From the IMG/VR virus record IMGVR_UViG_3300008108_000086: a DNA stretch of 64,000 nucleotides. One strand, 5' to 3'. Source of the DNA: an uncultured virus (IMG/VR IMGVR_UViG_3300008108_000086). Taxonomy: Duplodnaviria; Heunggongvirae; Uroviricota; Caudoviricetes. The notes under the pieces were generated by a model, which was not told the origin of the DNA, did no database searches, and worked only from the letters and a program-made list of their open reading frames with translations. A program made the position numbers and the translations under genes. Shown here piece after piece: positions 1 to 9,059 of the stretch (its first letter is position 1; each line of letters opens with the position of its first letter).

Positions 1-27
1 GATTGAACCAATTCAGGAGAAAAAATA

Positions 28-405
28 ATGGCAACGTGGAAAGTTACACCACTATGGAAAAAGTCCATCATTGAACGCCAAGAATGGTTGAAAGATGACC
101 AACGATTGGTTGTTGAAACGGGCTGGCGTTGGGGTTCATTTGAGGTATACACTGATGATGACACACCACCTGTATTAGAACCAGGCGTTGATATGTTCGA
201 CTGTGGTTATGAATGTGAAATGATTGAGACAAATGATGGTTGCTGGGAAGAACATCTTTATGATGAATGTGATTCTGAAACTGTTGAATGGTTAGAAGAA
301 TTCTTGGAAGAAAATTCAGTGTTTGACCTTGAAGAACACGGTTGGAATCCAGGTGATTGTGAAATGATTATTGATTGTGAAATGTCCATTGAAAGAGTAG
401 ACTAA
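28..405 (+). CDS. hypothetical phage protein (acidic)
   Basis: 125-aa ORF with AGGAG RBS; stop overlaps next start. Confidence 0.75.
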   Translation: MATWKVTPLWKKSIIERQEWLKDDQRLVVETGWRWGSFEVYTDDDTPPVLEPGVDMFDCGYECEMIETNDGCWEEHLYDECDSETVEWLEEFLEENSVFDLEEHGWNPGDCEMIIDCEMSIERVD

Positions 406-626
406 TGATTGACCAAAAATTAATAGATATTACGGATGATTTTGATGATTTTCTCAAAAAAGTAGTTTCAAATTATGAGGTCAGTTATGCCGGTTTGGTT
501 GGTATTATTATGGCCAGAATGGTTGTCTTAGCACAAGTATCTGGTGGTGAAGAAATCATGTTGAAGATGCTTCCACACATGCAAAAAACACTCATTACGG
601 GAATGGACAGTAGTGACTATCATTGA
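405..626 (+). CDS. hypothetical protein
   Basis: 73-aa ORF coupled (TAATG) to the previous gene. Confidence 0.65.
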   Translation: MIDQKLIDITDDFDDFLKKVVSNYEVSYAGLVGIIMARMVVLAQVSGGEEIMLKMLPHMQKTLITGMDSSDYH

Positions 627-877
627 TCCGTGGAATGCGCCTATTGATATCAAAGAAATGCAATATGCCATCAAAGGCAATATGATTAAAGCGCAACTTA
701 TTGTTAGTGACTTGGAACAGGTGCAGATGAATCCTGCAACATTTCAGGATGATCGAATTCACAAAGATGCCTCACCACAGCCATGGCCTTACATATTTCC
801 GAGCACGGATGTTTGCCGTACCTGATGACCAGGTAAAAATCCTACGTTTGTCGCAAATAAACAACATTGGTTATTGA
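613..877 (+). pseudogene. hypothetical protein interrupted by frameshift/deletion near 750
   Basis: Frame from 613 reads ...QMNPATFQDD, then the +1 frame from 752 reads IEFTKMPHHSHGLTYFRARMFAVPDDQVKILRLSQINNIGY* to TGA 875-877, filling the gap to the next promoter. Confidence 0.45.
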
Positions 878-902
878 CATATATAACTGCTTATGTTATA
901 AT
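874..902 (+). promoter_or_regulatory. sigma70-type early promoter
   Basis: TTGACA (874-879), 17 bp spacer, TG-n-TATAAT (897-902): perfect consensus with extended -10. Confidence 0.85.
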
Positions 903-924
903 AACATCATAAGGAAATAATACT

Positions 925-1851
925 ATGAAAATTGCAGTTTGTTCAGATATTCACCTAGAATTTGGTACTATCAGCCTCGACAATACCGAAGGTGCTGATG
1001 TGCTTATCCTTGGTGGTGATATTTGTGTTGCTAGAGATTTAAACAATAGGGATGAATATGCGCTTGCTGACCGCTTTGGCCGCTCTGAGGCGTGGCATAC
1101 TTTCTTTCAAGAATGCTCTGCTAGATTCCCTCATGTTATCTACATCGCTGGAAATCACGAACATTATCACGGTGATTTTAGGGATACTATTACAAGGCTT
1201 CGTGATAAGCTTGGTTATCTACGCAATCTTCATATCTTAGACAAAGAAATTTTAACTGTTGATGATGTAACATTCATTGGTGGTACATTGTGGACTGATA
1301 TGAACAATGAGGATCCAATCACATTGTTGCACATGAAAGGCATGATGAATGACTTTCGTTGTGTAGATAATAGTAATCGCATGGTTACATACAAGGCACC
1401 AGTCTATAAAAAAGATGAGAATGGTGAGTACATCATGCAAAAAATTGGTGAAGTAAATTCATTGATTGAAGATGGTTTTGAATTCAAGCAACGTGTTGGT
1501 CGTTTTACACCAGAAGATGCGGTTGTTGACCACAAAGAAATGTTGGACTACATTCGTATAATGATTGAAGGTAAGTTTGACCAAAAGTTTGTTGTTGTGG
1601 GTCACCACGCACCAAGCAAATCGTCAACTCATCCTCGTTATGCTGATGAGGTCATTATGAATGGTGGTTACAGTACTGCATTAGATGAATTCATCATGGA
1701 TCATCCACAAATCAAATTGTGGACTCATGGTCATACACATGAAGATTTCGACTATATGGTTGGTTCTACTCGTATTGTTTGTAATCCCCGTGGTTATGAT
1801 GCATACGAAGACCGTGCTGATAGATTTCAATTGAAATTTGTGGAGATTTAA
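925..1851 (+). CDS. calcineurin-like metallophosphoesterase
   Basis: Motifs SDIH, GGD, GNHE, HH, HGHTH. Confidence 0.9.
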   Translation: MKIAVCSDIHLEFGTISLDNTEGADVLILGGDICVARDLNNRDEYALADRFGRSEAWHTFFQECSARFPHVIYIAGNHEHYHGDFRDTITRLRDKLGYLRNLHILDKEILTVDDVTFIGGTLWTDMNNEDPITLLHMKGMMNDFRCVDNSNRMVTYKAPVYKKDENGEYIMQKIGEVNSLIEDGFEFKQRVGRFTPEDAVVDHKEMLDYIRIMIEGKFDQKFVVVGHHAPSKSSTHPRYADEVIMNGGYSTALDEFIMDHPQIKLWTHGHTHEDFDYMVGSTRIVCNPRGYDAYEDRADRFQLKFVEI

Positions 1852-2096
1852 TGAACGAACAAATTAAAACGATTGCTTTGCAAGCTGGTGGTAGTCACTA
1901 TCCAGAGGTGAATAGTAAACAGTTAGAATTGTTCGCCAAGTTGCTTGTTAAGCAATGTATGGACATTATTGTGCAGAATAGAAAATATGCCAGTGAGCAT
2001 AAATGGCCGGCCTCTGAGTTGGCCAATGTGTGTTTATATGAAATTGATAAAACTTTTGGAGTGACTGAAGATGGAAAAGAAACTGTATCTGGTTGA
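1851..2096 (+). CDS. hypothetical protein
   Basis: 81-aa ORF coupled to upstream stop. Confidence 0.65.
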   Translation: MNEQIKTIALQAGGSHYPEVNSKQLELFAKLLVKQCMDIIVQNRKYASEHKWPASELANVCLYEIDKTFGVTEDGKETVSG

Positions 2097-2355
2097 AACT
2101 GTATCAATGTTTCGTATGCGTTATGTGATTGAGGCTCGTGAAGAATCTCATGCACATGATGAATTCATTATGGAAATTGGCAAAGAGTCTTTCAAAGAAT
2201 TCTCACAACACCACATTGATGAGGTGATTGTATCTAGTCGTGAATTGTCCGCAAAAGATTATTTGAAATTGTTTGATACAGATAATGATTACTGTAAGAA
2301 CTGGGACATTGCCGACAAGATGAAATCAATCAACTCTATTGATTATAAAGAATGA
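2071..2355 (+). CDS. hypothetical phage protein
   Basis: 94-aa ORF in tightly packed operon, ATGA overlap downstream. Confidence 0.7.
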   Translation: MEKKLYLVETVSMFRMRYVIEAREESHAHDEFIMEIGKESFKEFSQHHIDEVIVSSRELSAKDYLKLFDTDNDYCKNWDIADKMKSINSIDYKE

Positions 2356-3173
2356 AAAGGATTCTAATCACTGGCAGTTCTGGATACATTGGCCAACACC
2401 TCTGTAGGGTGTTAGCTGGTGAATATGTTGTTGGTTTGGATCGTGTATTTAAACCTCAACATGCGGAAAAATTTATCCAAGAAGATATTAACAGCCTGAA
2501 TTGTTTGGATGACCATTATGATGTTGTGGTTCATTTAGCTGCATTAGTGAATGTTGGTGATTCTATGAAATGGCCGATGCGATACTATCAAACGAATGTT
2601 ACTGGTACATTGAATGTTATGGAAAAAGTTAGTTATGACCATTTCATTTTTGCTTCTACAGGTGCAGCATCTAATCCTGATAGTCCATATGGTCTATCAA
2701 AAAAGGTTGTTGAATCATTGGTGCGAAATTATTGTACCTTAAATAATATAGATTACACTATTTTCAGGTTTTATAATGTGATTGGTTCTGCATACGAAAT
2801 TGATCCAACGAACCATGATGGGTTGATGTACAATCTAATGAAAGCGAGGGAAACAGGTGAGTTTAATTTATACGGTAATGATTACGATACACTTGATGGT
2901 ACCGCCGTGCGTGATTATATACACGTACTTGAAATATGTGAGGCCATTAAACTTGCTATTCAGCGACCTTCAAATCTCTTGTTGGAAAACCTAGGCAGTG
3001 GCCGAGGTTATACAGTACAACAAATCATAGACACATTTAAAAAGGTAAATGGTTGTGATTTTAATGTTAATGTGAAACCTCGTAGAAAAGGTGACTTGGC
3101 TCACTCCGTTCTACATGATGTGTCACCTTATATGCAAAAACAATTTACATTGGAAGAAATGTTAAAAGTATGA
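2352..3173 (+). CDS. galE: NAD-dependent epimerase/dehydratase, UDP-glucose 4-epimerase-like
   Basis: ILITGSSGYIG Rossmann motif, HLAA, YGLSK (YxxxK), FRFYNV, DGTAVRDYIHV, RRKGD. Confidence 0.85.
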   Translation: MKRILITGSSGYIGQHLCRVLAGEYVVGLDRVFKPQHAEKFIQEDINSLNCLDDHYDVVVHLAALVNVGDSMKWPMRYYQTNVTGTLNVMEKVSYDHFIFASTGAASNPDSPYGLSKKVVESLVRNYCTLNNIDYTIFRFYNVIGSAYEIDPTNHDGLMYNLMKARETGEFNLYGNDYDTLDGTAVRDYIHVLEICEAIKLAIQRPSNLLLENLGSGRGYTVQQIIDTFKKVNGCDFNVNVKPRRKGDLAHSVLHDVSPYMQKQFTLEEMLKV

Positions 3174-3832
3174 AAGTTTATTTCTCAAATTATCGTAACC
3201 ACTGGATTTCTCCATATACAATTTTGGAGAAGATTTTCTTTTGGCGTGAGATTGACTATGATGAACCAATCATTGAAAAGTGGTCTAATCGTCTGATGCC
3301 ATTGTCAAATGCATACATGAAATTCATGGACTTTATTCATCCACATATTCGTTATGTAAAACTCGACAGATGGGATACATGGAATATGGATGGTACATTG
3401 TCACCAATCATTCTTCCAATGTTGAAACAATTACATGCAACCAAACACGGTTCGCCCAATGTTGATGATGCAGATGTACCAGAAGAATTGAAGTCTACAT
3501 CGGCACCACCAAAAGAAAATGTATATGATATAGATGCTAACCATTTCAAACGTTTTGATTGGGTCATGGATGAAATGATTTGGGCTTTTGAACAACTACA
3601 ACCAGATAATGATTGGGAAGAACAATACACTTCGGGAGTATGTGATTGGAAATTTGTGCCTGTTGATGCGGAAGGTAATGAAGTGTCTAAAGGTGAACAA
3701 AGATATAGTGAAATGCGTCATGGACCAAATCATACATATGAGATAGACTGGGAAGGTCGTAACAAACATCAAGAACGCATCACTAATGGTTTGCGTTTGT
3801 TTGGTAAATATTATCAATCACTGTGGGATTAA
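3170..3832 (+). CDS. hypothetical phage protein
   Basis: 220-aa ORF with ATGA overlap; ends GLRLFGKYYQSLWD. Confidence 0.75.
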   Translation: MKVYFSNYRNHWISPYTILEKIFFWREIDYDEPIIEKWSNRLMPLSNAYMKFMDFIHPHIRYVKLDRWDTWNMDGTLSPIILPMLKQLHATKHGSPNVDDADVPEELKSTSAPPKENVYDIDANHFKRFDWVMDEMIWAFEQLQPDNDWEEQYTSGVCDWKFVPVDAEGNEVSKGEQRYSEMRHGPNHTYEIDWEGRNKHQERITNGLRLFGKYYQSLWD

Positions 3833-3833
3833 T

Positions 3834-4016
3834 ATGATTATTACTGCATTGGAACGCATCGAAAAGGAAATGGTGGAAATTAAACTCCGCCTTGCTGAAT
3901 TGGAACGCATCGAAAAAGAAAATGTGTATTTGCGTGAGTTGGTTCACCACCTTGCATCAAGGCCTGCACCTTATCAACCCGATCCTTATGGACCGCCATA
4001 TAAGGTGACCTGCTGA
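3834..4016 (+). CDS. hypothetical coiled-coil protein
   Basis: In-frame ATG at 3834 just after the upstream stop (track start 3786 overlaps). Confidence 0.6.
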   Translation: MIITALERIEKEMVEIKLRLAELERIEKENVYLRELVHHLASRPAPYQPDPYGPPYKVTC

Positions 4017-4255
4017 TGTTATCATTCATTCATTATGTCTCAGCATTGCGTAGGTTGAAGGAATCCGAAAAGACTGTACATATGCTGGGTGGTCCTCATG
4101 AGGCACCACCAATGATCCTGGCGCAACGGGACATGATTAAAAATGAGGTCGAATACTACCAAGATGAATCCATCAAACTAGGGGTTTATTTGTTTGTCGT
4201 TGCCATTATTGGCATCACAGTGTATGCTATACTTTTACAACTAGGAAAAATATGA
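4016..4255 (+). CDS. hypothetical membrane protein
   Basis: C-terminal hydrophobic segment LGVYLFVVAIIGITVYAILL. Confidence 0.65.
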   Translation: MLSFIHYVSALRRLKESEKTVHMLGGPHEAPPMILAQRDMIKNEVEYYQDESIKLGVYLFVVAIIGITVYAILLQLGKI

Positions 4256-4491
4256 AAAAGATTTTTGATTTTATTAAAACTAATTTGAGTACATGGTTGA
4301 CAACCTTATTGGCTTGTGTTATAATTTACCAAGTATACAACCTAGATACTAAGGCACCAGATTTTAAAGAATTTAAAGATGGTGTACAAAATCACCTATT
4401 GTGGTCTATCAAAGGTGAATGTTTCTTTGTGAGACCACAGACAGAGAAAACAGTTTATTTGGTTCGTGTGGAAGATTGTGATAGAAAATAA
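4252..4491 (+). CDS. hypothetical membrane-anchored protein
   Basis: N-terminal hydrophobic helix, ATGA overlap. Confidence 0.65.
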   Translation: MKKIFDFIKTNLSTWLTTLLACVIIYQVYNLDTKAPDFKEFKDGVQNHLLWSIKGECFFVRPQTEKTVYLVRVEDCDRK

Positions 4492-4500
4492 GGAGTCACT

Positions 4501-4812
4501 ATGAGTTTGTTTGTTGAAGTTAATTCAGTTGAAAAAGGTTGTCCAGTTATCATCAACTTGGACCACATTATCGAAATTGCACCGTTGGCCTCTGGTGGTT
4601 GTGCATTGTTTACACTTGATGGTGCAGGTATGAATTCAAAGAATGCTATGCGTGTTACTGATAGTTATGACCAGTTCAAGCAATTTGCTATGCAAACTGT
4701 ATCCGCTGAAGATATTGCACGCCGTTTCCCTAAAGTTACTGCACCAGCTGAAGTAACATCTAAGAAAACTAAAAAACTAGAAGAATTCGACATCCCTAAA
4801 TTCGGTGAGTAA
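4501..4812 (+). CDS. hypothetical protein
   Basis: 103-aa ORF with AGGAG RBS. Confidence 0.7.
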   Translation: MSLFVEVNSVEKGCPVIINLDHIIEIAPLASGGCALFTLDGAGMNSKNAMRVTDSYDQFKQFAMQTVSAEDIARRFPKVTAPAEVTSKKTKKLEEFDIPKFGE

Positions 4813-4814
4813 CA

Positions 4815-5045
4815 ATGAATTATATTATGGATCATACCATGGAACTAGAATTTAAACTAAAACAATCATATAATACCACACGCACAGTTGTTCATACAAC
4901 CAATGCAGTGACTTTGATGGAAATTTTGGAAGAATTTCAAATGTTCTTGGAAGGTTGTGGTTTTCAAATTGACGGCACATTAGATGTTGTACCGGACGAA
5001 GAAATTTATGGAACGAATATTCGCACCGACAATTCAATGGATTAA
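4815..5045 (+). CDS. hypothetical phage protein
   Basis: 76-aa ORF in operon. Confidence 0.65.
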   Translation: MNYIMDHTMELEFKLKQSYNTTRTVVHTTNAVTLMEILEEFQMFLEGCGFQIDGTLDVVPDEEIYGTNIRTDNSMD

Positions 5046-5295
5046 GAATGATTGGCATTCTAATCGCTTTCGCTTTTGTATTGAGTTGCTTGCTTGGGCT
5101 GTATCTATCGGGTGTAGTATTACGATGGCTGCCACGGTACCACATCCACCCTTACTTGTTCTCTATCCTGTATGGATTGCTGGTTGCGCTATGTACGCTT
5201 GGGCTGCTTATACTAGGAAATCATTTGGGATGTTGGTTAACTATATCTTGTTGACAACTATTGATACTATTGGTTTGGTTAGGATGTTAACATGA
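5008..5295 (+). CDS. small multi-pass membrane protein
   Basis: Three hydrophobic segments; likely start ATG 5008. Confidence 0.65.
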   Translation: MERIFAPTIQWIKNDWHSNRFRFCIELLAWAVSIGCSITMAATVPHPPLLVLYPVWIAGCAMYAWAAYTRKSFGMLVNYILLTTIDTIGLVRMLT

Positions 5296-5546
5296 GTTTA
5301 GTATTAACAACCAACACCTTCTATGGCACTTCAGTGCAACAACAGTGGCATGCTCTGTCATTCGTAATGACTGAACCAATCAGTTATGAATTTCAGGTCG
5401 TTGAGTATATGGAGAATGACAAGATAACGAAGGTTTCATTACAGGTGAAAAAAAATATCCATGACCAGTATGGCAACATAAAAACCCATGGTTTGTGGGT
5501 AGATGTTCCTAGGATTAAATTACCGTATGTGGCGCCTGTGGTGTAA
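5292..5546 (+). CDS. hypothetical protein
   Basis: 84-aa ORF, ATGA overlap. Confidence 0.6.
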   Translation: MSLVLTTNTFYGTSVQQQWHALSFVMTEPISYEFQVVEYMENDKITKVSLQVKKNIHDQYGNIKTHGLWVDVPRIKLPYVAPVV

Positions 5547-5676
5547 AGCTTTAGGTGAGAAAAGTGGTAACAATGACAGCGAAGCCAACAGGATCGCTTG
5601 CATTAGAACCATTATTGTGTTATCATACATCATCACAAACCTTTTTATAATTGCAGGCGTCATAAGGCATTGGTAA
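5527..5676 (+). CDS. small membrane protein of T4-like aquatic phages (49 aa, not in ORF track)
   Basis: MWRLWCKALGEKSGNNDSEANRIACIRTIIVLSYIITNLFIIAGVIRHW*; resembles a small protein recalled from cyanophage-like genomes. Confidence 0.65.
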   Translation: MWRLWCKALGEKSGNNDSEANRIACIRTIIVLSYIITNLFIIAGVIRHW

Positions 5677-5807
5677 TGTTAGGTGAAATCATAAAACATA
5701 TATTATTATTGCCTTTTTATCTGGCAATCATATTAATTTGGGGTATAATTGCACCTGCATTAATTTTTGGTTTATTGTTTGCTTTCTTTAAACATTTGTT
5801 CCTATGA
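5676..5807 (+). CDS. small hydrophobic protein (43 aa, not in ORF track)
   Basis: MLGEIIKHILLLPFYLAIILIWGIIAPALIFGLLFAFFKHLFL*; TAATG and ATGA coupling on both sides. Confidence 0.55.
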   Translation: MLGEIIKHILLLPFYLAIILIWGIIAPALIFGLLFAFFKHLFL

Positions 5808-6364
5808 ATATCTTTTATCTACACAATGACCCCAAAACTTGTGCTGAAATGCACAACGACAAGCATTGTATCAAAATGATTCTCGAATATGCTCAGTTAC
5901 TTTCTACTGCTCATCGTGTTATTGATGGCGTGGAACTTGAAGGTATTTCTGCTTCAGGTAGAAAAAGGAAATTCTGGACACTAGGCGATAGTCGTGATTA
6001 TACATTGTATAAGGCTACTCATATCAACCATCCATCAGCAATTTGGTGTAGACAATCATATGCTAACTATGTTTGGTTGTCTAAGCTATTGACAGAATTG
6101 TGTCGTGAGTACACTTATCGTTATGGTAAAGTTCACAAAGTTGAATTATCTGGTCTTGAAGAAGAATTGATGTATCCACCAACAAACATTCCTCATCACG
6201 TAGCTTTCACAGAGCCAACACCAGCAATGCCCGATGATGTAAAAGTGGCAGGCGATTCAATCAAGTCTTACCGTAATTACTATATAAATAATAAGATGCA
6301 TCTTGCATCGTGGCGAGGCAAGGTAAATTCCCGTAACATTCCTAACTGGTTTCAAACCGCATGA
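5804..6364 (+). CDS. pyrimidine-dimer DNA glycosylase/endonuclease V-like protein
   Basis: MNIFYL...DKHCIKMILEYAQLLSTAH, HINHP, EYTYRYGKVH, YRNYY pattern. Confidence 0.65.
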   Translation: MNIFYLHNDPKTCAEMHNDKHCIKMILEYAQLLSTAHRVIDGVELEGISASGRKRKFWTLGDSRDYTLYKATHINHPSAIWCRQSYANYVWLSKLLTELCREYTYRYGKVHKVELSGLEEELMYPPTNIPHHVAFTEPTPAMPDDVKVAGDSIKSYRNYYINNKMHLASWRGKVNSRNIPNWFQTA

Positions 6365-6636
6365 TTTATACATTTTTGAATAAGAATACAGATGAAATTG
6401 AAGAACATACCATGCGCCTTGCTGAGTATGATGAGTTTAAAACAAACAATCCCCACTTAGAACGATATTTTTCAGTTGATGGCATTCCAGGTCTTGGTGA
6501 TGGCCAGCGCATGAGTGTTCCTGGTATCGGTCAACCACATTCGGCCTTTGAAACCGGTGTCATTCAAAGAATGAAAGAAACCATTCCAGGAAATACCATG
6601 TCTGGTCATAAAACAAAACGACCAAGGGAATGGTAA
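6361..6636 (+). CDS. hypothetical phage protein
   Basis: 91-aa ORF preceded by TATAAATA (6283-6290), upstream of phoH. Confidence 0.65.
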   Translation: MIYTFLNKNTDEIEEHTMRLAEYDEFKTNNPHLERYFSVDGIPGLGDGQRMSVPGIGQPHSAFETGVIQRMKETIPGNTMSGHKTKRPREW

Positions 6637-6774
6637 TGGCCCAAGTACCTGCACTATTTCTACCTAAAAAGAAAACTGAGGAGAAACCTCAAGTAAAGAA
6701 TTCCGGTAAGAATCGGAAGAAAAAGAAACCCGATTCTACCACAAAAGTTTCAGCATTATTTCAAAGGGGAATTG

Positions 6775-7539
6775 ATGGTTACAAAAAAAACAACGGCCAG
6801 ATACGCAGCGGAACAACTACAAGAGGATGAAAATAAGACGAGGCATCAACCCGCAGTAAACAATTCATTAAAGATTAAACCAGACCATCTAAAGACGTTT
6901 GAACCATTAACAGAGAATCAAAGATTATTCTTTGAGATGTATAAAGGCGGTGCCTACTTCATGGGACTATTCGGTAGTCCTGGAGTAGGCAAAACCTTTT
7001 TGGCACTATATAAATCAATAGAAGAAGTTTTGGATAAATCGAATTCATTCAAACAAGTGGTGGTTGTTAGGTCACTTGTTCAATTACGTGATGTTGGTTA
7101 TTTGCCTGGTAATCTTGAAGAAAAACAAGAAATCTATGAATTACCTTACAAAGAAATTGCGGCCACACTATTTGGTCGTTCTGATGCATGGGATAGATTA
7201 AAAGAACAAAACCATGTACGATTTATATCTACTACAGCGATTCGTGGTATCTCTATTGATGATGCAATTATTATTGTAGATGAGAACCAAAACTTGAACT
7301 GGTCAGAGGTGAATACAATTATTACCCGTGTCGGACACAGGTCAAAAATTATATTTTCGGGTGATTTTAAACAGACAGATTTAATTAAGAGTAACAAAGA
7401 CCAAACAGCATTCCATAGTTTCTTAGAAGTGGCAAGAAAGATGCCATCCTTTCAGGAAATATACTTTACACCAGACGATATTGTTCGTTCAAGTCTAGTA
7501 AAACAATGGATCGTGGCCTGTGAAGACTTAGGTTACTAG
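6775..7539 (+). CDS. phoH: PhoH-family ATPase
   Basis: Walker A GSPGVGKT, GYLPGNLEEK, IRGISI, IIVDENQN, ITRVG, SGDFKQTD, DIVRS. Confidence 0.92.
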   Translation: MVTKKTTARYAAEQLQEDENKTRHQPAVNNSLKIKPDHLKTFEPLTENQRLFFEMYKGGAYFMGLFGSPGVGKTFLALYKSIEEVLDKSNSFKQVVVVRSLVQLRDVGYLPGNLEEKQEIYELPYKEIAATLFGRSDAWDRLKEQNHVRFISTTAIRGISIDDAIIIVDENQNLNWSEVNTIITRVGHRSKIIFSGDFKQTDLIKSNKDQTAFHSFLEVARKMPSFQEIYFTPDDIVRSSLVKQWIVACEDLGY

Positions 7540-7574
7540 GATAAATATTATTCCAATACATAAGAGGAAAGACG

Positions 7575-9026
7575 ATGATTTTTGAAATTCAAGCCACACG
7601 TTTCGAAGACGGTGATACACAAACATTTTTCTATGACAACATGGCTAATGTGTTGAAGGACTCCGATGGTAATCTTTTTGAATATCCACAGGACCAAATG
7701 CCTCAACATAGACTCAAACCATACAAATCTTTTGATAAGAATAGACCACTCAAGAAATCTAAATTAATTAGTCATTTAAAAATTCAAATGGGATTGAGTT
7801 GTAACTATTCTTGTGATTATTGTTCACAGAAATTTGTTGAACGTCAGCCAGAAACTTCCAAAAAAGACATTGATGTTTTTATGGAAAAATTAAATGTATT
7901 ACACTTTGATGAAGATGTTGGTCTGAAAATTGAATTTTGGGGTGGTGAGCCTCTTGTTTATTGGAAAACAATGAAACCATTGGCTGAGGCCATCGCTGAA
8001 AAATTTGATGGTTGGAAAACCAAACCACAATTCAGTGTTATCACCAATGGTTCGATACTAACTGATGAAATTATTGATTGGTTAATGATGATGGATTTTG
8101 CTGTGTCTATTTCACATGATGGACCAGGTCAATTTGTACGTGGTCCTGATCCGTTTGATGATCCTGAACAGAAAGAACGTATTTTGGGATTCTATCGTAT
8201 GATGACTAGACTTGGTAAAAGTTTTAGTTTCAATTCAATGTTGAACTCTAAAAATCAAAGTCGTAAAGAAATCTATGATTGGTTCGTAAATCTTACTGGT
8301 GACGAAAATGTTATCTTGGGTGAAGGTTCAATGGTTGATGCCTATGACGAAGAAGGTATATCATACTCACTAATCACAAAACAAGAACATTTTGATTTTA
8401 GACAACGTGCCTTTGGTGAGTTGTATGGCACAGAAGGTCAAATTGGTTTCAGAGCACAATTAGGTAAAATTGATGATTTTGTGACTGGTGTATTGTCTCA
8501 TAGAGAATCTAAATATTTGGGTCAAAAGTGTGGTATGGATGATGAACACACTTTGTCTGTCGATTTACGTGGTAACGTTATGACCTGCCAGAATGTGAGT
8601 TCTTTGGAAATTTCCAAAAACGGTGAATCACACCATGGTGGAAACTTGGAAGATTATGCGAAAGTTGAATTGAAGTCTGTTACACATTGGTCTAACCGAA
8701 AAGAATGTCCAGAGTGTCCAGTGTTACATGTCTGTAAAGGTGCATGTATGTTCTTGGACGAAAAGTTTTGGGATGTTTCTTGTGCTAATGCATACTCTGA
8801 TAACGTGGCATTATTTGCGGCCGGATTCACAGTCATGACAGGTGGTTATATTCCGACACTAATTAAGAGTGATACTCTACCTCTTGACCGACAAGATATC
8901 TTTGGTAATATATTCACGCACGAAGAAGATAAACAGAAAAAAATTATACCAATCAAGGTAATTAAAGAGATTATTGGTGAAGTTGATGAAGTTTTGGTTT
9001 ATGGTAAATCTCGTTTAGAAAACTAA
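7575..9026 (+). CDS. radical SAM/SPASM-domain protein (peptide/protein maturase-like)
   Basis: CNYSCDYC (CX3CX2C), FWGGEPL, ITNG, SISHDG; C-terminal SPASM cysteines CG...GNVMTC...CPECPVLHVCKGAC...C. Confidence 0.9.
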   Translation: MIFEIQATRFEDGDTQTFFYDNMANVLKDSDGNLFEYPQDQMPQHRLKPYKSFDKNRPLKKSKLISHLKIQMGLSCNYSCDYCSQKFVERQPETSKKDIDVFMEKLNVLHFDEDVGLKIEFWGGEPLVYWKTMKPLAEAIAEKFDGWKTKPQFSVITNGSILTDEIIDWLMMMDFAVSISHDGPGQFVRGPDPFDDPEQKERILGFYRMMTRLGKSFSFNSMLNSKNQSRKEIYDWFVNLTGDENVILGEGSMVDAYDEEGISYSLITKQEHFDFRQRAFGELYGTEGQIGFRAQLGKIDDFVTGVLSHRESKYLGQKCGMDDEHTLSVDLRGNVMTCQNVSSLEISKNGESHHGGNLEDYAKVELKSVTHWSNRKECPECPVLHVCKGACMFLDEKFWDVSCANAYSDNVALFAAGFTVMTGGYIPTLIKSDTLPLDRQDIFGNIFTHEEDKQKKIIPIKVIKEIIGEVDEVLVYGKSRLEN

Positions 9027-9059
9027 ATAACTACAACAACATTATAGAGAGTAGAAAAA

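Noticed and set aside
6630..6830. Lys-rich 66-aa ORF
   Set aside because: It may be real but overlaps the phoH start by about 55 nt and has no recognisable motif; support is insufficient
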